A stretch of 64,000 bases of DNA from Tubiluchus corallicola (GCA_030141605.1 JAQGDQ010000335.1:1-64000); one strand, 5' to 3'; shown: positions 1-15,416, numbered from the stretch's first letter. Translations and numbers: made by a program. Notes: generated from the sequence alone by a model not told the origin.

Positions 1-950
1 AAAATATCTGAATTCATTAAGTGTAGTAAAATGGAGCTATTGAACGCAACATAAGGAGAACCTAGAATCTAGTACGGGAGAATGGTCACCATTCACCATT
101 TTTGTCAACAGAATAAGGCAGAATTTTAAATTACGTTCGTCAGTTTGAGCATCTCACGTCAAAAGATAATTTTTTGACAAATAAACTATACTAGATTTCG
201 ATCCCGCTGCAAGCATTAGCGTTAAGACCAACAGCTAAGTGTTAGGTCCCGGTTTGCACAGTACCAAACTACATAAAAAATGCGTGCTGTTGTGATCTGT
301 TATTTCGAGGAATGCCTGCAGTTATTTTTACTTAGGGAATCATTAGCAATGGAAAAGTCGCTGTGGCGTTCCCTGCTGGATCATCCCTACTCTATACTAG
401 AGCTTGAGTGTTAGGGAAGATAAGAGAACGTCCATTATGAGGACATTAATGCGTCATGTTCGAAGGAAAGTGGTGCTGTAGTTATCCCTGCCGTGGTGTG
501 ATATCAACTCAAGAGTTCATTTATTGGACAGTGTTATATTCTTGAGTGTACGGACAATGAGGGTTCTCATAAATCATTTTTATCCAAAGAACCTTCGCTG
601 AAGTTGTGTATTGGTTTTGAAGGCTTGAACTTGTCAGTATTTTGACTTGTGTTTGACGTCTGTTGCAACGTCATATGCAATTGGACGACAGCTTGATTCA
701 CTGTGCTTGACAAAACATTATATTAACGTAAATCACTTCGCAAAAAATTATCGTTACCAAAAATTAATCACATAGTTTCTTTATCATTATCACCTTTCTA
801 ACACTGACAGAACAGTCGTTGCAGCAACCGCTGCTCATGTTATGACCGTCTCCACAACTATCACCACCCCTACCCGCCATCATCATCATCGTCGATGTCG
901 CAGATATCATCGCCATGATCACTAATGCCACCATCGTCTTTACCATTTTC

Positions 951-951
<1 letters not shown>

Positions 952-1034
<83 letters not shown>
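952..1034. repeat. (CT)n microsatellite
   Basis: Direct reading. Confidence 0.98.
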
Positions 1035-1044
<10 letters not shown>

Positions 1045-2269
1045 TTCTCTTCCTCGCTTTGTTTCATCTTCCTCCTTTCGATTTCCCATTCCTCCCCCTT
1101 CAACTAAACAGTTCAAATCTAATCCACTTTGCTGCTGCCTAATTGATTAAACCTCGCAGCACCAGAGAAAGTTTCGTCCGCTCAACGCTTCCATGCTCCA
1201 CCGAGTGAATCCTGCAGCGAGTCAGTCACTGATTTCCTGATTAATAACATTAAAAGTTTCCGATGAGATTTTTCTGCTTGTCTTCACGTTGCTTGCTTTT
1301 GATGTCCGCACTCATTAGAGGACGAGTAACGTCTTGAGGTGATCAGTAATTTCTCGAAAGACCCATAATAAGTAAACCAGGTTTTACCTTAATTACCTGT
1401 AATGAAATTTAAACCTATTTGTGCCTATATCTCAAATAAAGTTCAATCGTCTTTTTGTATATAGTATAAAGTAAGAAAACAGTAATCACAGTAAATTATT
1501 CTTGAATAACTACAATGAGATACCGATGAAAACAGTCTTTCAATCTTTACATCGCCTACTTTTGCATGTAAATTACACACGTGCTCTGAAACCTCGCATC
1601 ATTAGACATTTTCTCCATCTGCTAAACGCAGCCTATGAAGAGAATGCCTTAATACCAACCAGTCTTCTCCATTCGATGAAAAATTTATGTGTGATTGATA
1701 CGTCCATGATTTAACTTCAGAAAGTTACCGTAATGTGTGTTTAATTCAAAACGCGTGTTCTACATGTAGTAGATATCGAAAGACTTCGTAACATAGTCAA
1801 CATGAATCAAGTGTCATCCAGCTCTATATTTGTAACAAATAGCCCGACTTGTGGGCCAGCATGACGGCTGACAGACTATTTTATAGCTCGTTGACGCCAA
1901 GAAATGGAGTGAATTAATCGCCCGCGTTACAATTACAAAAAGGCTCCTGGTAAACTACATAATAAATAAAAAACTGATCACCAAAACAACGAATGTACAA
2001 GCTAGTTTCAACGTTGTGCATGAGTCTTTTTCCTTTTATTTACTTATGTTTATTTACTTGTGTATATATATATATATGTTTACATAAATTTTGTGTTTAT
2101 ACTTTAATTAATTAGGCCTTTTGTTTATGTAGTTTTGCAGCTTCTAGATTTTTATAAATTGCATGTCTTTCTTTTAATATTTTACTTATGGCTAATGTTA
2201 TTTTGCTAGAAGAAGTAAAACGTAAAATAAAATAAATTAGTATAATTAACTTTAAATTCTTAATGTACC

Positions 2270-3700
2270 CTTATGATAATTATTATTGATGATACAACAA
2301 CACAGACAATTGAATTTGATGCCAAACTTGAGGGAAAGGAAATGTGAAAAACTGAAATACAATCTGGATTTGAACCAGTGATGTTTTGCTTTCAAGGCAG
2401 ACTTCTTAGACCACTGGGCCAGTGTATTTTCTATTGATCAAGACAGTCAAAAGTTCATCCCACACAGCCGACCATTCAGCAGTTCCAGTTCAGACTGCTC
2501 ACATTAGACTAGAGTGATTGATACTAAAACTAATAGGTTAATTTTTTATATATTTTGATTAATTTTGAGCCTGCAATTTCCAACAATGAATTAGCTATTA
2601 TCATTTTATCATCAATATATTCACCAATGTCAAAATGTCAACCTAAATGTCATACAAATGGATAAAAACGCGGATTTTTTTCATCTCCGAATTCTCGGCC
2701 CTGAAATCTCTACTTGGCAAGCCCCATTGGAGCCGCAACTTCAAGTTTTGGATATAAGCACGCCTAGTGCTTTTACATAAACAGAACTCTTTTTGTTCCT
2801 AAAATAAATCAGCAATAACGACTGCACTGAAAGATATAGGTTATGCAGGTTCCCAACGAACTGTTTTTAGCTCTAAAAGCTTTTTTCCTCTCTTCGCATA
2901 ATATTTAAACGAACATCACCGTTTACATTCTCAGCGTCAGTACCAGCACGACATCATCCCTGTTCCTGTTTTTGCTACTCTAATCACATAAAACAGATAC
3001 CAGACATCGATGTTTATCAGCTCAAAGCGTAACATTAACCTCTTAAAGAAAACATGTCGTGAAACAGGATTGAAAAACTCTTGCTCTCGACGGGCTTGCT
3101 TATTGAAAATAACTTTCCCTCTTGCAAATATTTACGCCAGGCATCACATTTGATTCGCATAACGCATTGCTAACCCGAAAAATCCAAAATTTGAAGGTGC
3201 GGCTCCAAAGGGTCTACAAGGCCCAGAGTTCAGAGAAGAAAAAAATCTTGTCTATTCGTATGACATTACGCTTAATATTTTACTAAACACAATCAGATCC
3301 ACTATTAATCAAATATTGATAATAAGATTAATTATGTACACACGAAAATTTCAGGCTCAATATTAATCAAAAATATACAAAAAATTAATCTAGTGGTTAG
3401 AATTACTCTAGTGTGAGTAATCTGATTTTAAAATGCTGAATGGCCAGTTGTATGGGATGAATTTGGACTGTCTTGATCAACAGAAAGTACTCTTGCCCAG
3501 TGGTCTAAGCAATCTAGCTTGTACTTTGGACTGTCTTGATCAATAGAAAGTACTGTGGATCAGTGGGCTGAGAAGTCTAGCTTGCAAGCAAAACATCCCT
3601 GGTTCAAATCTAGGCAGTATTTTATTTTTTGTTTGCATTTCCCATCCCCCAAGTTTGACATAATTAAGTCTGTATTTGATTCATCATTAATAATAATCTC
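2270..3700. mobile_element. Foldback-like element: diverged inverted arms of about 500 bp (about 2270-2755 and 3180-3700) around a spacer
   Basis: Paired segments include GATCAAGACAGTC/GACTGTCTTGATC, TTGGAGCCGCA/TGCGGCTCCAA and TTGAGCCTG/CAGGCTCAA; both arms contain tRNA-like A/B boxes. Confidence 0.7.
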
Positions 3701-6700
3701 GATATTAGGATTATAAAAATTCTATAATAGATTTGTCAATTAGAATAAATGTGTCATTTTCTTTCTGTTGATTATAATAATTGACGTTGTCAGCTGCATT
3801 TTAATCTTTTGCGCAAATGAGTAAAAATATCAAGAAATTGTTTGTAATAGCGCAGGCTTAAACCGAAACGAAAATTGTTTACAGGTGCAGACTTATAGTG
3901 TTACCCGGTGTCTAGAAGTTAAGTCCTGTGTAATCTTTTTACATTAGTAGGAACTAAAACCGCTTCTTTTACATTAGTAGGATGAAATCGACCTAAAAGG
4001 GAAAAACGGAATTTTAAAATATCCCCAAAAAACTTTCCGTAAAAAATTCTATTACTTAGCACTAGCTTTACCTGTTTGAAAGAATTATGTAACCAATTAT
4101 AAAAGAAAATTCTTAATAAATTAAAACTTAGAGCCGACTGTTTAAAGGTCACTCTATCGCCATTCAAGAGCGCACCACTGGCTCATTATAAAACACGTTA
4201 TAGATCCTATTGACGATATCATAAAATAATTTATACTTTTGCTTAGTGAGAGGAGATTGTGCTACGAATGCTCTCATTATTTTTCCAAGTTTTACGCATT
4301 GCTGTCTAAATTTGTTTCAAAAGGCCGTTAAAATGACTGCGCCTAACGGTTCGTCGCGAGAGTTCAAACTTAAAGTTTTATACAGCGTTACTGATATATA
4401 AAGCTCTGAATACAGTAAAACAGCGTGCAAGTGATACAAAATTTCAAGACAATCTTTTTTAATCTTCAAGGGTGTTTTCTTCGAACAAAAATCAGAACGA
4501 AAATCTCGCCCTCGCGCAACTGAAAATTTGTCAAATGAAGTAAAGTGCAAAATAGCTGAATAGCATTTTTATCTTCCGCAGGTTTTTGACTGATCTATTC
4601 ATGTACTTACTAACACTAATATTTTTCGCTTATTCAAAAAATTAACCCTGTTAGAACTAAAATACTTTTCAGTTGTTACTATCAGCAGCACGTAAGAGAA
4701 TATAAATCGTTTCCTGCTCTTTTCTTTTATTTTACAAAAATCCTATTAATACAAAAACTTCAGAAAACAGATTAGCAAATGCTTCAAGTCATTACGATAG
4801 AATCTTCTCAATTTTGCTGCGAAGGTTTTCGTGAGAGTTACACACATGTTTCTTCTTTGCTTTTCTCTCCTTTTCTCTCTTCATGACACTCATCCTGAAC
4901 CGGTGAATGATTGAAAACGACTTAAGAACTCAATGGATTCTCATAAATATTTACCACAGACGTCATTCATCTTTGCATATAAAAGCTTCATGGACGGATA
5001 CAAACTGACATGCAGATAAGACAAAATGTGGAAAAAATCTATGGAGGGGAAAAAGTACATTATTCACTTGACCAGTAGCTGTTTACATAAGAGCAGCCAG
5101 AATGTTTTCTTACGTAAAAAATTTCAGGAGAACTTCTTAACTTAGTGGTTAGGGAGAGAGGTGGGATCTTTCCATCGTTCTGGATCTTATGCTACATGAA
5201 TGTTCAAGTGTTTGGTCTAGAAACAAAATTTGTTGCTCTAATAATTTTGAAGAAACGAAAACTGTTTATTTACATACTGCGAAGCTTAACTCAAATAACT
5301 AAATGAACAAGACATGTGAAAATTGTGTTATATGAACTTTGAAGAAAGAAAACAGGCTGGTAGCTTGAACACATAAGCAATAAAAAAGGGTCAATCAAAC
5401 AAAGATGCTAAAATATTATTATTTCATGACTGGATGTAAATTGCAAACACTGAGTTTTGATCATATAAGATTGCATTGAATATATGTACAAAATTAAGAG
5501 AACAGTAAATGCTGAATTGTAGTTAGAATATGAATCATGCACTTGCAAAGATTTAATCCATTCACGAATTTTAGTGTTTAACGTTTTGTATACCATCGTT
5601 TTGTAAAGTGTGCTTGATGTAAATAAAAGGTTGAATAAAAAAACAAAAGTGTGAATAGCGAATAAATTAATGCACTGACAGGGAAACAGACGAACGAAAA
5701 AACGAGAACGGCGAATGAACGAAAATTTTTGCATAAAAAGGTTTATATGCGCCTGGTCCAACACCAAAGCCCCTGTAAAGAACCACAATCTATCCTGTTT
5801 GACGTTCTTTGGCGAAAAGGAGGAAAATGAAGCATTAATCGATGAAGAGGTCTAAAGAGATGGCCAAACTGATGCAACAATAATGCCTGATAGTGGTCGA
5901 TACTGGGAGATTTTTACATGTTTTATCGAGCCGAGCAAACACGTAAAGCGATTTTAGTTGTCACTAGGGTGAATTTGAACAGAGAGACTGTTTCAGGAAT
6001 GTGTGGCTGTCACTGTGATTAATTTGCATAGTGAGAGAATATTCACACACGTTTTGAGCAGGTGTATAAAAACGTACGACTAAACATAATGCAATACAAT
6101 TGTTATACGATTATTATAGACTTTTACACTGTCATTCTCGAGTTTGTTATTGACGAAGGACCGCGTAGACGCCGACGAAAATGACAGCGAAATTTGAATG
6201 TCATTCAAGTTTGACGAATCAAGCCCGGTCTCCAGAATGAACAGCCAATAATAGTGGGCGATGGCGACTCAGCTAGAACAACCCTTTCTACTGGGTGCGT
6301 AAACAGCACGCTGTTATTAAACAACGAATTATTAACCAATAGCGACTGCATAAATTATATTTTGCAAGTGCATGAGTGCAAAAAATTCATTCAGTAATGA
6401 TACGTAAGTTTTATAGATTTGCACAGCCACTTGCCCTCGTACTGCAGCGATTAACATTCAAAAGCGTAGCCATGGTGCTTTGACAATTATTCTATTATTC
6501 AGTTATTCCATTATTTAGAGGTAAAAATTCATCCAACAATCACTTGGTGTTATCCAAATATAATTTAAAAATTCAATCGCACTTCTGCCTTTAATTCCCG
6601 AAATATTTGATGATGACGTCTTCCTCTTATGGCTTTGTCGAAGTTCCGTTTTCTTTTGTTTCGCTTTCCATTTGCAGCACATGCTAAAACAAATCGTTTT

Positions 6701-7210
6701 CAAGCAAGGCGTTTTGGCGCCATTTCAGAAATGAAGAGAAGTTAGAGAACACCCCCTGAACAAATACTTATGTGCAAAGTAACAGTCAGTGAAAAAAATT
6801 ATGCTGACAGAGTTCACTATATTTTGAATGCCATTCTTTTGAAGGACCATGAGGATTAGGCGTTAGACAACCGAAATCTTGGGCAAAAAGGGTACTGAGG
6901 GAACAAAGAACATTTTACTCATACAACATACGTTAGGCTATGAAGTATAATAAGTATTATTACATTTATATTTATATTACTAAAAGCTTCTATATTTGGT
7001 GTTTGTGAGACTTACAAAAATCGCTTAAGTTTATAAGTAAATCACTTTTCATCGGTTCTCTGCGTATTCTGCGTATGTAACGTAAACTTATTAAGTTTAT
7101 TACATCGGTTGATCACGTTTTAAGTATATTCTACACTCAGCCACGTAAATGCATGATTTTGTACTGTAAGATTTCAATTACTGACTTTGTTGGGACAGGA
7201 AACTTAATTA

Positions 7211-7412
7211 CAAACAGACAAACGCACATTCAAACAAACAGCAGACAGACGGACAGACAGACAGACAGACAGACTGACTGACTGACTGACTGACTGACTG
7301 ACAGGCTGGCTGGCTGACTGACTGACTGACTAACAGGCAGACAAACAAACAGACAGATACACAGACAGACAGATTGACACACAGACAGACAGACAGGCAA
7401 ATAAACAAACAA
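7211..7412. repeat. Compound (GACA)n/(GACT)n/(CAAA)n microsatellite
   Basis: Direct reading. Confidence 0.95.
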
Positions 7413-10400
7413 AGACCCTAAAATAAAACTACTGACTGTCGGCTAATCTTCACAAAACAATAACGCTAATGTATGTCAAAAGTGTGCTCCAAAAACTCTT
7501 TATTTTATAAGCCATGTCTGATCATGAGAATGCGTACCTTGGACGAGCATTTTCACTTTTCAGCCTATTCTTTATTGCTCGAAGTTTTGACAAAGATTTT
7601 TACAAAGTTTTGACTTTAAGACAAAGAATGTCGGAACGATATGCGATAGTTATTAGACGGAATACCTTGACTGTATGCACTACCATCTTCTAGCGAGTAC
7701 TGTTTCTACTGCCATTTTGGAATGCGAGTTTTACTGAAGCAGGCAAAAAGGTGCTAACGTGCTTCATAGTTTATGTCATTATTTGCAATAGGCTGATAGC
7801 CTTTCACTATAGAAAAACGCTTTGCTTTTTTGACGTTTTGATCAATCATGACAAATAAATGCAGCATCGGTTACGCCGTCTAGCGTGACCTAGTAGCGGA
7901 TAAACAAACAATGGTTAATGGCATGCTGCTAACTGCACAAACACAGCTTCTCTGTTGTTTAACAAACACAGATTCATACATTGTTTATTAAGTTCTTTGG
8001 GTCTCCTGTAATAGGATAGCGACGTTATATTGCTTGCATTACCTTTAGTTGCCTAAAACACCATTAATGAGCCTTATTTGACGGTTGACATTTACGTTGG
8101 AGTAAAAACATTTTCTCGTTAATCAACATTTGGTCGCCCATGTTGAATAACTGAATTAGCAAGTTTGTTATGGTTGCATAGCAATTTAGAACTGAAATGT
8201 TGTACTATACTTTAATGCGTACCTTTGCTAAGGTACTACCATTTATCTTGAAAACAGCAAAATATTTCAGCGACAAGAATAACAACAACTACGACGATGG
8301 CGACTCAACATTAACAATAATAAGACCAGCATAATGACAACAGGTAACAACTACTCTTAAAGATAATTGGTAAGAGAGCTATTTTACTAGGCGAATATAC
8401 ACAGAACTGTGCTGATTGGCAATTAATCTTATTTGCTGGAAACATCCCTGGGGAAATTATTCACATGGAAAGTTAAACGTGAAACGTAAGACATCAAGTA
8501 AAACTCATTCAACAAATACCTCGTGGACAGAGTCTAATCCCATGTCCAACGGAAAACAAGAACTTTAATGACCATAGACAATTATAATGTTACTGTCTGT
8601 CACTTAACAATAAGACCGAAACAAGCGAAAAACAAATCGTATTAACATTTTTGGGTCACTCGGTTACGAGCAACCTTATAAGCAGATCTGTTTCACTGTT
8701 TCGCACTTATTTCCCCGTTCTCGTTGTTTATGTAATAAGTTTTATCGGGCGTTTATAGTGGGACGTCACATTAGAGTTACTTCGTATTCTAAATGTTTAC
8801 GATAAAACGGATTTGGTGGCTATGCTAAATCGTGTTCTAAATATACATATATTCACGAAAGGGTTGCTATGGTGACGGTAAATGGTGTTTAAACGACGCA
8901 ATTGGACAGAAAAAACTCAATAAACGAGTTACCCCATGCTTCACATTCCGCACTAGAAATAAATGTCCAATTGCATTTTTCACACCAAGTCAGATAGGAA
9001 TGTTATATCCAGGGTTTACATATCTCAGTGATATACGTGCTACACAAGCTTCTGTTGTTTGGTTGACAAACTGAGCATAACGAATTTTGATTAATAGTAG
9101 ATCATCATAGATTTTCCGCGGAGGATGCCTCAGGAAATTCCAGGCGCCATTCTGACTTATCTCCACATAAGTTCACATAACTAGCATATTTCATGCACTC
9201 TTATAATGTAAATTTATTCATTTACTTATTTATTTATTTGTTAATTATATATATAATTATTCATCCATTCATTCACTCATTTTTCATTCGTTCCTTCATT
9301 CATTTGTCAGGTAATCAGACTATTAAAAGTTCCATATTTACAATGTGAGTAAAATAAAATGCGAATTAAAATTGAAAGTTAGTGTAAATTGATATGGTAT
9401 AGAAAAAATAAATAAAAATAGTGCATTTGAAAAAAATCACACGTTTAGCTAGCATACATCGTACCTTGCAAGTATCTTTCCCAAAATGTGACATAATTAT
9501 TTTGAAACATACCTTTGAACACTGTTAATGAACTTTATTAGAAGTCGGTGATTACAATTTATGATTCTAGAAAGTAAACTATAATGAGATCAAGAATCTC
9601 ATGCTACCATGCTTCATTGGGTGTCAAGACTTAACCGGACCCTCATCATGGCGCCCGAATGGCCAGAATGTTACCTAACCTTGTTACCAACAGCGGCAGC
9701 ATACTCGCCCTAAGCTGATTAGACAGCCCTGTTATGGCAAAATAGAGGAACAGCTAACATCCTGGCTTTTGGAGTCTAGTTAAACTTTGAAACCCGAAGA
9801 AGCATAGTAACTACTGATAACCGCTTGCTTAAACGCAGAGATTATTGGGAATTAAATTTTTCACCTGAGCGATGTTTCACGCATATTATAAGATCTTCTA
9901 TATAAAAAAGATATGACCGTGAAAAAAGTGCGGTAAAGACAAGTCAATATACATCGTGTCGCAAATTGAGCAAATTTTGAAGACAATCATTGCAGCTAAC
10001 CGCGAGTTTATCCATAAAAGACCTATCAACATTTATACATAAAGAGTGACAATAAATGTTGCCACAATATGACTTACCATCATGTGAACAATTAGCGAAA
10101 TGGCAAATTAAGCTGCTAACACGCACAAAAAAGAGCTGCATTTGATATTTTTCTCTTGCGACAATAGGGATGCTATTCCCGTGTAATATACCTGACCATG
10201 ATATACATGTTTGAGTTTCTTAGGCAAAAAATACAAACATTTTGATTTACCGAATTATAGGCTATATATTTATCTGCAGCAAGTAAAGCACAAACGCCTA
10301 GCAATGATCGTAAAGTTGCAATAGCAGCAGCAAAAAAACGAGACAAATATGCAAAGATAATGACATAACGAACCCTGCTGTGCAAAATACTTCTGTTACA

Positions 10401-13109
10401 TCAGTTTTGTTTTCTTTCAAACTTTGGAAAAAAGACTGTAACCACACAGTAACACCCACCTTAGTGTTATAAGCATAATAAATTATCAACAACATATTGA
10501 AGGTTTCCCACTGAAATACATTTTTGTCATTGAAGGTATTTTTAACTTTAGAACAAGAGAAACAATTGTATAATTCCTAATAATTTACAATATTGGTATA
10601 TGAAACTTAATAGGCGCGTGTAAATATATTCTGAGAAACATCTAAAAGATAATGATTACCTTCGCAACATTGAGCGTCCATGCAAATGATGAATCGACTG
10701 GACAGGATTTCCTCGTGAAATCCAACACAATAGAGCAAAACGGATTTGCTCTACTAACTAGATAGTGCCTCAGTACATTTGCTCAACAGGATAGACAATG
10801 TTTGCCTACCGGAGAAAACTAATTCTTCCAAGTTCTTTTGGTTAATATTTGAGTGAGTTGCGCAAACTGAAAAACGGCACGTAAGTAAATCAAGGGCATG
10901 AAGGAGAAAAAAGTCCTTCAAACAACGACGCTACATTGACGACTTGTTCGCTGGCTGTGATTGAGGGTATAGGCAACCATTCGGCATAGGGGTGATGCAG
11001 GAGGGATTTGCACGTTACTCGGCGCATGTACAAAATTTATACGCAGACCATAGAGCCTTTAGAGCAGCATATAGTATCTAACAGACGTAATGTCAGGAGA
11101 TGCATGTTTACTTACTGCAAGAACACTTCAACGGCCCGTGTAAATGACATCATTATTTTCCCAAAATTAAAAAAAATGAAAATGAAAACACAGTGAACTG
11201 ATAAACAAAAACATCTCAACATACAAATTTCATGACATTCAGCCATGAAATAATTTTGAAGCCGCGGTAAGAGAGATTTTGCTGTTGATTATTTTCAGCA
11301 ATTTGTGAAGTGAGATAAAGTCAACAATCCAATGTCGGCGATGTCATTTCGACCTTCCAGAGCCAAACTGAATAAGAAACTGGGACAGCTTGTCAAGCGT
11401 AACTACAAAGACAGAGATGGTATCTCAAAATGACCTGCATTCCAACTGAATCCTTTGAAAGTCGTTTTGCATGGCGAAGGCGATGGTTTTGAACAATTTG
11501 GAAGGGCGGAACACCGAGCGCCTTTTGTTAGTCACCAGAAGGAAAAAAACAAATACAAAGAGGACAGGATAATGAGAATTTCCAATTACAATTTTAATGT
11601 TATAAATTTGGTATGGGATGCGAGTCCAATGTCATATTACCTAGGCTCTTCAAGTAGCGCTGGCTTAGTACGCTATGAGTAACTTATTATATCAGTCCTG
11701 TTGGCACAACGAACATCTGTTATTCTGCAAACGTTCATAACGTTTATAATTTGTATTCTGGAAACTAATATTATACGTATATTTAGTTAATTATAACAAA
11801 CGTAATATTTTCAACGAAATTAACTAATTTGTTTATAATTTTTATAACAAATTCCAAAATGCTTTTCATTTAAATTAATATTTAAAGAAATACAATTGAA
11901 AATCATAGAGTGTTATTAAAAATTATGACAGATTTCTCGTTTGCCTGTTACCATTTTCTTTTTCATTGAAATATTTACACTTATGCATGTAATCTAAAAA
12001 AGGAACCAGAAACTGCATCAGATTGAAAAGTCCTGTTAACAGGCGCAATAAACTGACTATAAATCTATGTGTTGCTTTTGATATGGAAATTAAGCTTTAA
12101 AGCAAAACCGGACCCATTCTTAAACTGTAGGTCAAAACAATCTACTCATTAAAATATCGGAGGGAAACATACTATTTTTTCAAAAATGACTTACGTGAAA
12201 GAATTATTGCCGCACAAACACAATTTCGTGTTCCCGCCACTAGTTTTCGCTTTTACATGTATTACGCCATTCGCTAGTTAGACGGGCACTAGCGCCTGCA
12301 TTTCGGAAACGCATTAAACAAAAACAGGTGCTGTACCTCTCCGTTCAGATGTGTAAGTTTCTGACGAACTATGCACGTTCGACAGCACATGCGTGAGCAC
12401 GTTCGACAGCACATTTGAAATTAGAATTTTTGTTTTAAAACATGCCTAGCTTTAGTACAACACACTGAATATCTTACAATTTTCTGTACTTCAATTTTCG
12501 CTTTCGCAAACACGTGCAACACGCTCGTAGAATATTTTTGCTGTTGAAAATTATGTTAGTTTGTGATGTCATCAATAGTTGGGCTCGCCCGTCGTTAATT
12601 AAGTGCTTAATCTATTATTTAATTATCAGAAACGCACTTGCAATATTAGTCTTGTTAAAATGTATACTTTTTATCGGATTTGAAAACGGGGTAGTATATG
12701 AAAAATCACCCTGTCGCCCTTTAAGTAACAAGCATGCCACGTCCAGTTTTCACTATAAACATCGGTAGCTCATGACCCCTACGTACAAACAAAAAAGCGG
12801 TTAGCAAATCAGTTAGCAAGCTGATCGCATGTTTTTATCCAACGATCGCATGCCTGAAATCCAGAGTCAACAAATACTACAAACCGGCCACGGTACAATC
12901 AGCCACAGATTTAGTTAAAATGTAAACAAATAAACAAACGCGTTATACTGCTGTAAGCAATTAACTAGAGTTACTGCATAATCTAATATACAGAGTAACC
13001 GCAAGTTATGGCTTCTTAATTCCGTTACAAATCACAATGCCCTGCACAGTATTAAAAAATATTGCACCTCTTGAGTTCAGTAGGCTATAAACTTCAATTT
13101 ACAATTCGA

Positions 13110-13112
<3 letters not shown>

Positions 13113-13153
<41 letters not shown>

Positions 13154-13158
13154 CTCTC
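13113..13158. repeat. (CT)n microsatellite
   Basis: Direct reading. Confidence 0.95.
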
Positions 13159-15416
13159 AAAAATCCTTTTTATCAACTGATTCTGTGATCGCGCGCCGTA
13201 ACTGTAGAAGCTTTTGACTGGCATTCAACCAAAAAACCCGCTTTGCAAAAATATCTAGGAAATCGGCGTATCTAGGTTCATAAATGACTCCTGCAGAACT
13301 TCACATTGTCATACAACACTTTAGTCTGCAGGTGTTTATGTCGTTTTGAGATATTTTAAAGTTTAGCAGAGTTCGTAGAGTTCTTGACTGAGGCAGATTT
13401 CTTGAATCTTTGGCGAATGAAACTTAGAGCAAAGCCCCCGTAAAGGTGTACTCATTTATTGCGACATTAAACAAAATTATAAAATACAACAAAAATTGAT
13501 GTAAGCAGTTAATAGGCTACTATAAAAAGCGTTTAAAGACGACTTAACGCGTACAATAAAACTGCACCGAATAAAGCTAAAAGGCACTCATATTCCATGC
13601 CGCCCCTTGTACGATCCTGCCCTCTGTATCAATGATCGATTAGGGTATTATACATTCCATCCGATATCGTGTCAGATATTTGCAGAAAGTGTAAGAAATG
13701 AAGAAGCGATGATGTTTGCAGCGCTAAAAGAATCTTGCGATACGTTATTATGGGGCAGCCATTTTGTAAATGGCTTCTGTAGTCGTGAATAAGCCTAATC
13801 ACATTGCAAACATTAGAGGTCACGGAAAATAATTCACATCGCACAAATTATGATACAGTAGGCTGCCCTGTCATTGAATGAAAAACGACAAATCAAAATT
13901 ATTTAAAAAACAAACTGAGCAATGGACACGAATGTTATTTAAGTCATTTATAATTTGCAATGGGTCTTTTGTGTGAGCTATGGTTGTTAGCTGTTCACCC
14001 ACTGAAGTTTCTAATTACGTCACGTAAAAAGCTTGGGGCTAGTTTTGTTAAACTGTGTCAACTGGTTTGAAATTGAAGGTCTAGTGAAAGTCGCAGAGAG
14101 CAAAAACAAAAGAAGCTGACTTTTTACAAGCCTACTGGCAGTTTAGTTTAATCATAGTTTATTTGGTTTAGACAACTAATACATGAATTTTCACCAGTCT
14201 CACCAAATGCATGAACAGATGGAAATACAGTAAAAATTAAAATTAATAAAAATATATTATTACAGAACACAGACAAATACACACAAACAAAATAACCAAT
14301 TCACAACAGTGGTACAAATTGGGTACACATTAACACACAGAGAGACTATATCTTACCAAACACGCAAGCAAAAGTAATACATAGCACGAGTCAGTAGTCT
14401 ACAATTAACTGACAAAACATGTACATCATACATTTAAAATCGCTATTATTCAAAATAAGTCAATACCACGGTAAGGTCACGACAGCCTTCGAACATTTCA
14501 GCAAAGACAACACCATACGAAGAACTACCACAATGTACGTACAAGATGGTCCAGCCAGTTAAGGAAACTCTTTTTACTTTGGATTTATAATCAGCTGGAG
14601 CAAATATAGTTTGCAAAATGAAAAAACAGCGAAACAAATCAGTGTTTGGCAACCGGATTTGTCTAGCCTAGTATTGACTCCTAGAACTCATTAGTACCTA
14701 AATTGTATTTAATAAACCGATCGGAATCAATATCATGCAAGTCTGAAAATACCTACGGTTTCTTTTGGCGCAAGTCCACAGAATGGACAGAATAAATAAA
14801 CAGCCAAGAAAAGGCAACAAGAGAGCTGTAAAATGCTTATAGCAGAGTTTACATGCAGAGCAGCAAGGAAAGCCAGGTATGTACGGAATGAATCCAAGCA
14901 CCTGCGAAAAGTCAGTACAGTAACCCAGCAGAACAGACAGGTCATTCATTGCCTTGAAAGCAGGTTACCGTACAGAATCCAAATGTTATAATGTCATTCC
15001 TCTTTTCCCTTCTTTCTTTTCTCTCCATTCTTTTTTCGTTTCAGTTCCTATCCTTTATTTTTCTCCTTTCGCTATCTCTTCTCATCTCAAACCAATACAT
15101 GAAGACCACGTCATCAACCTGCTTCATCTCTGCTGTATTAACAAATAATCAAGAAGTTACATGTACAGTTTCATTAAAGATGGTTTCGGCTAAACTATTG
15201 CGATATGTAAATACCATCGAGATGGAAACCGTTCGATTTCAGTCGGCCATAAATGTAGTCGTAAAACGTGACATTAAATTCTATCTATGTAATATTCTGC
15301 ATTCGCGGCAATTTGGTGTAATTAGGCTTATCGTATCAGCAAAGTACGAGAACCGGATTTTAATTCAAAAAATAAAGAAAGAAGAAAAAATAAAAAAATA
15401 AAAATAGAAGTGAAAG

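Noticed and set aside
764-1142. ORFs with poly-ER, SL or M runs (also at 7208-7412, 16204-17156, 39072-39365, 49614-49998, 57916-58290)
   Set aside because: They are translations of microsatellites, with no domain or splice support.
2366-2422. Possible tRNA gene
   Set aside because: A/B boxes are present, but I see no convincing acceptor stem and it is embedded in a repeat arm.
6129-6188. Hammerhead-like arrangement (TTGACGA...GAAA flanked by CTGTCATT/AATGACAG)
   Set aside because: The core starts with U rather than C, and stems I and II cannot be formed; it is just a short hairpin.
14690-14950. Possible very old LINE remnant on the minus strand
   Set aside because: Only a vague resemblance; no diagnostic motif.
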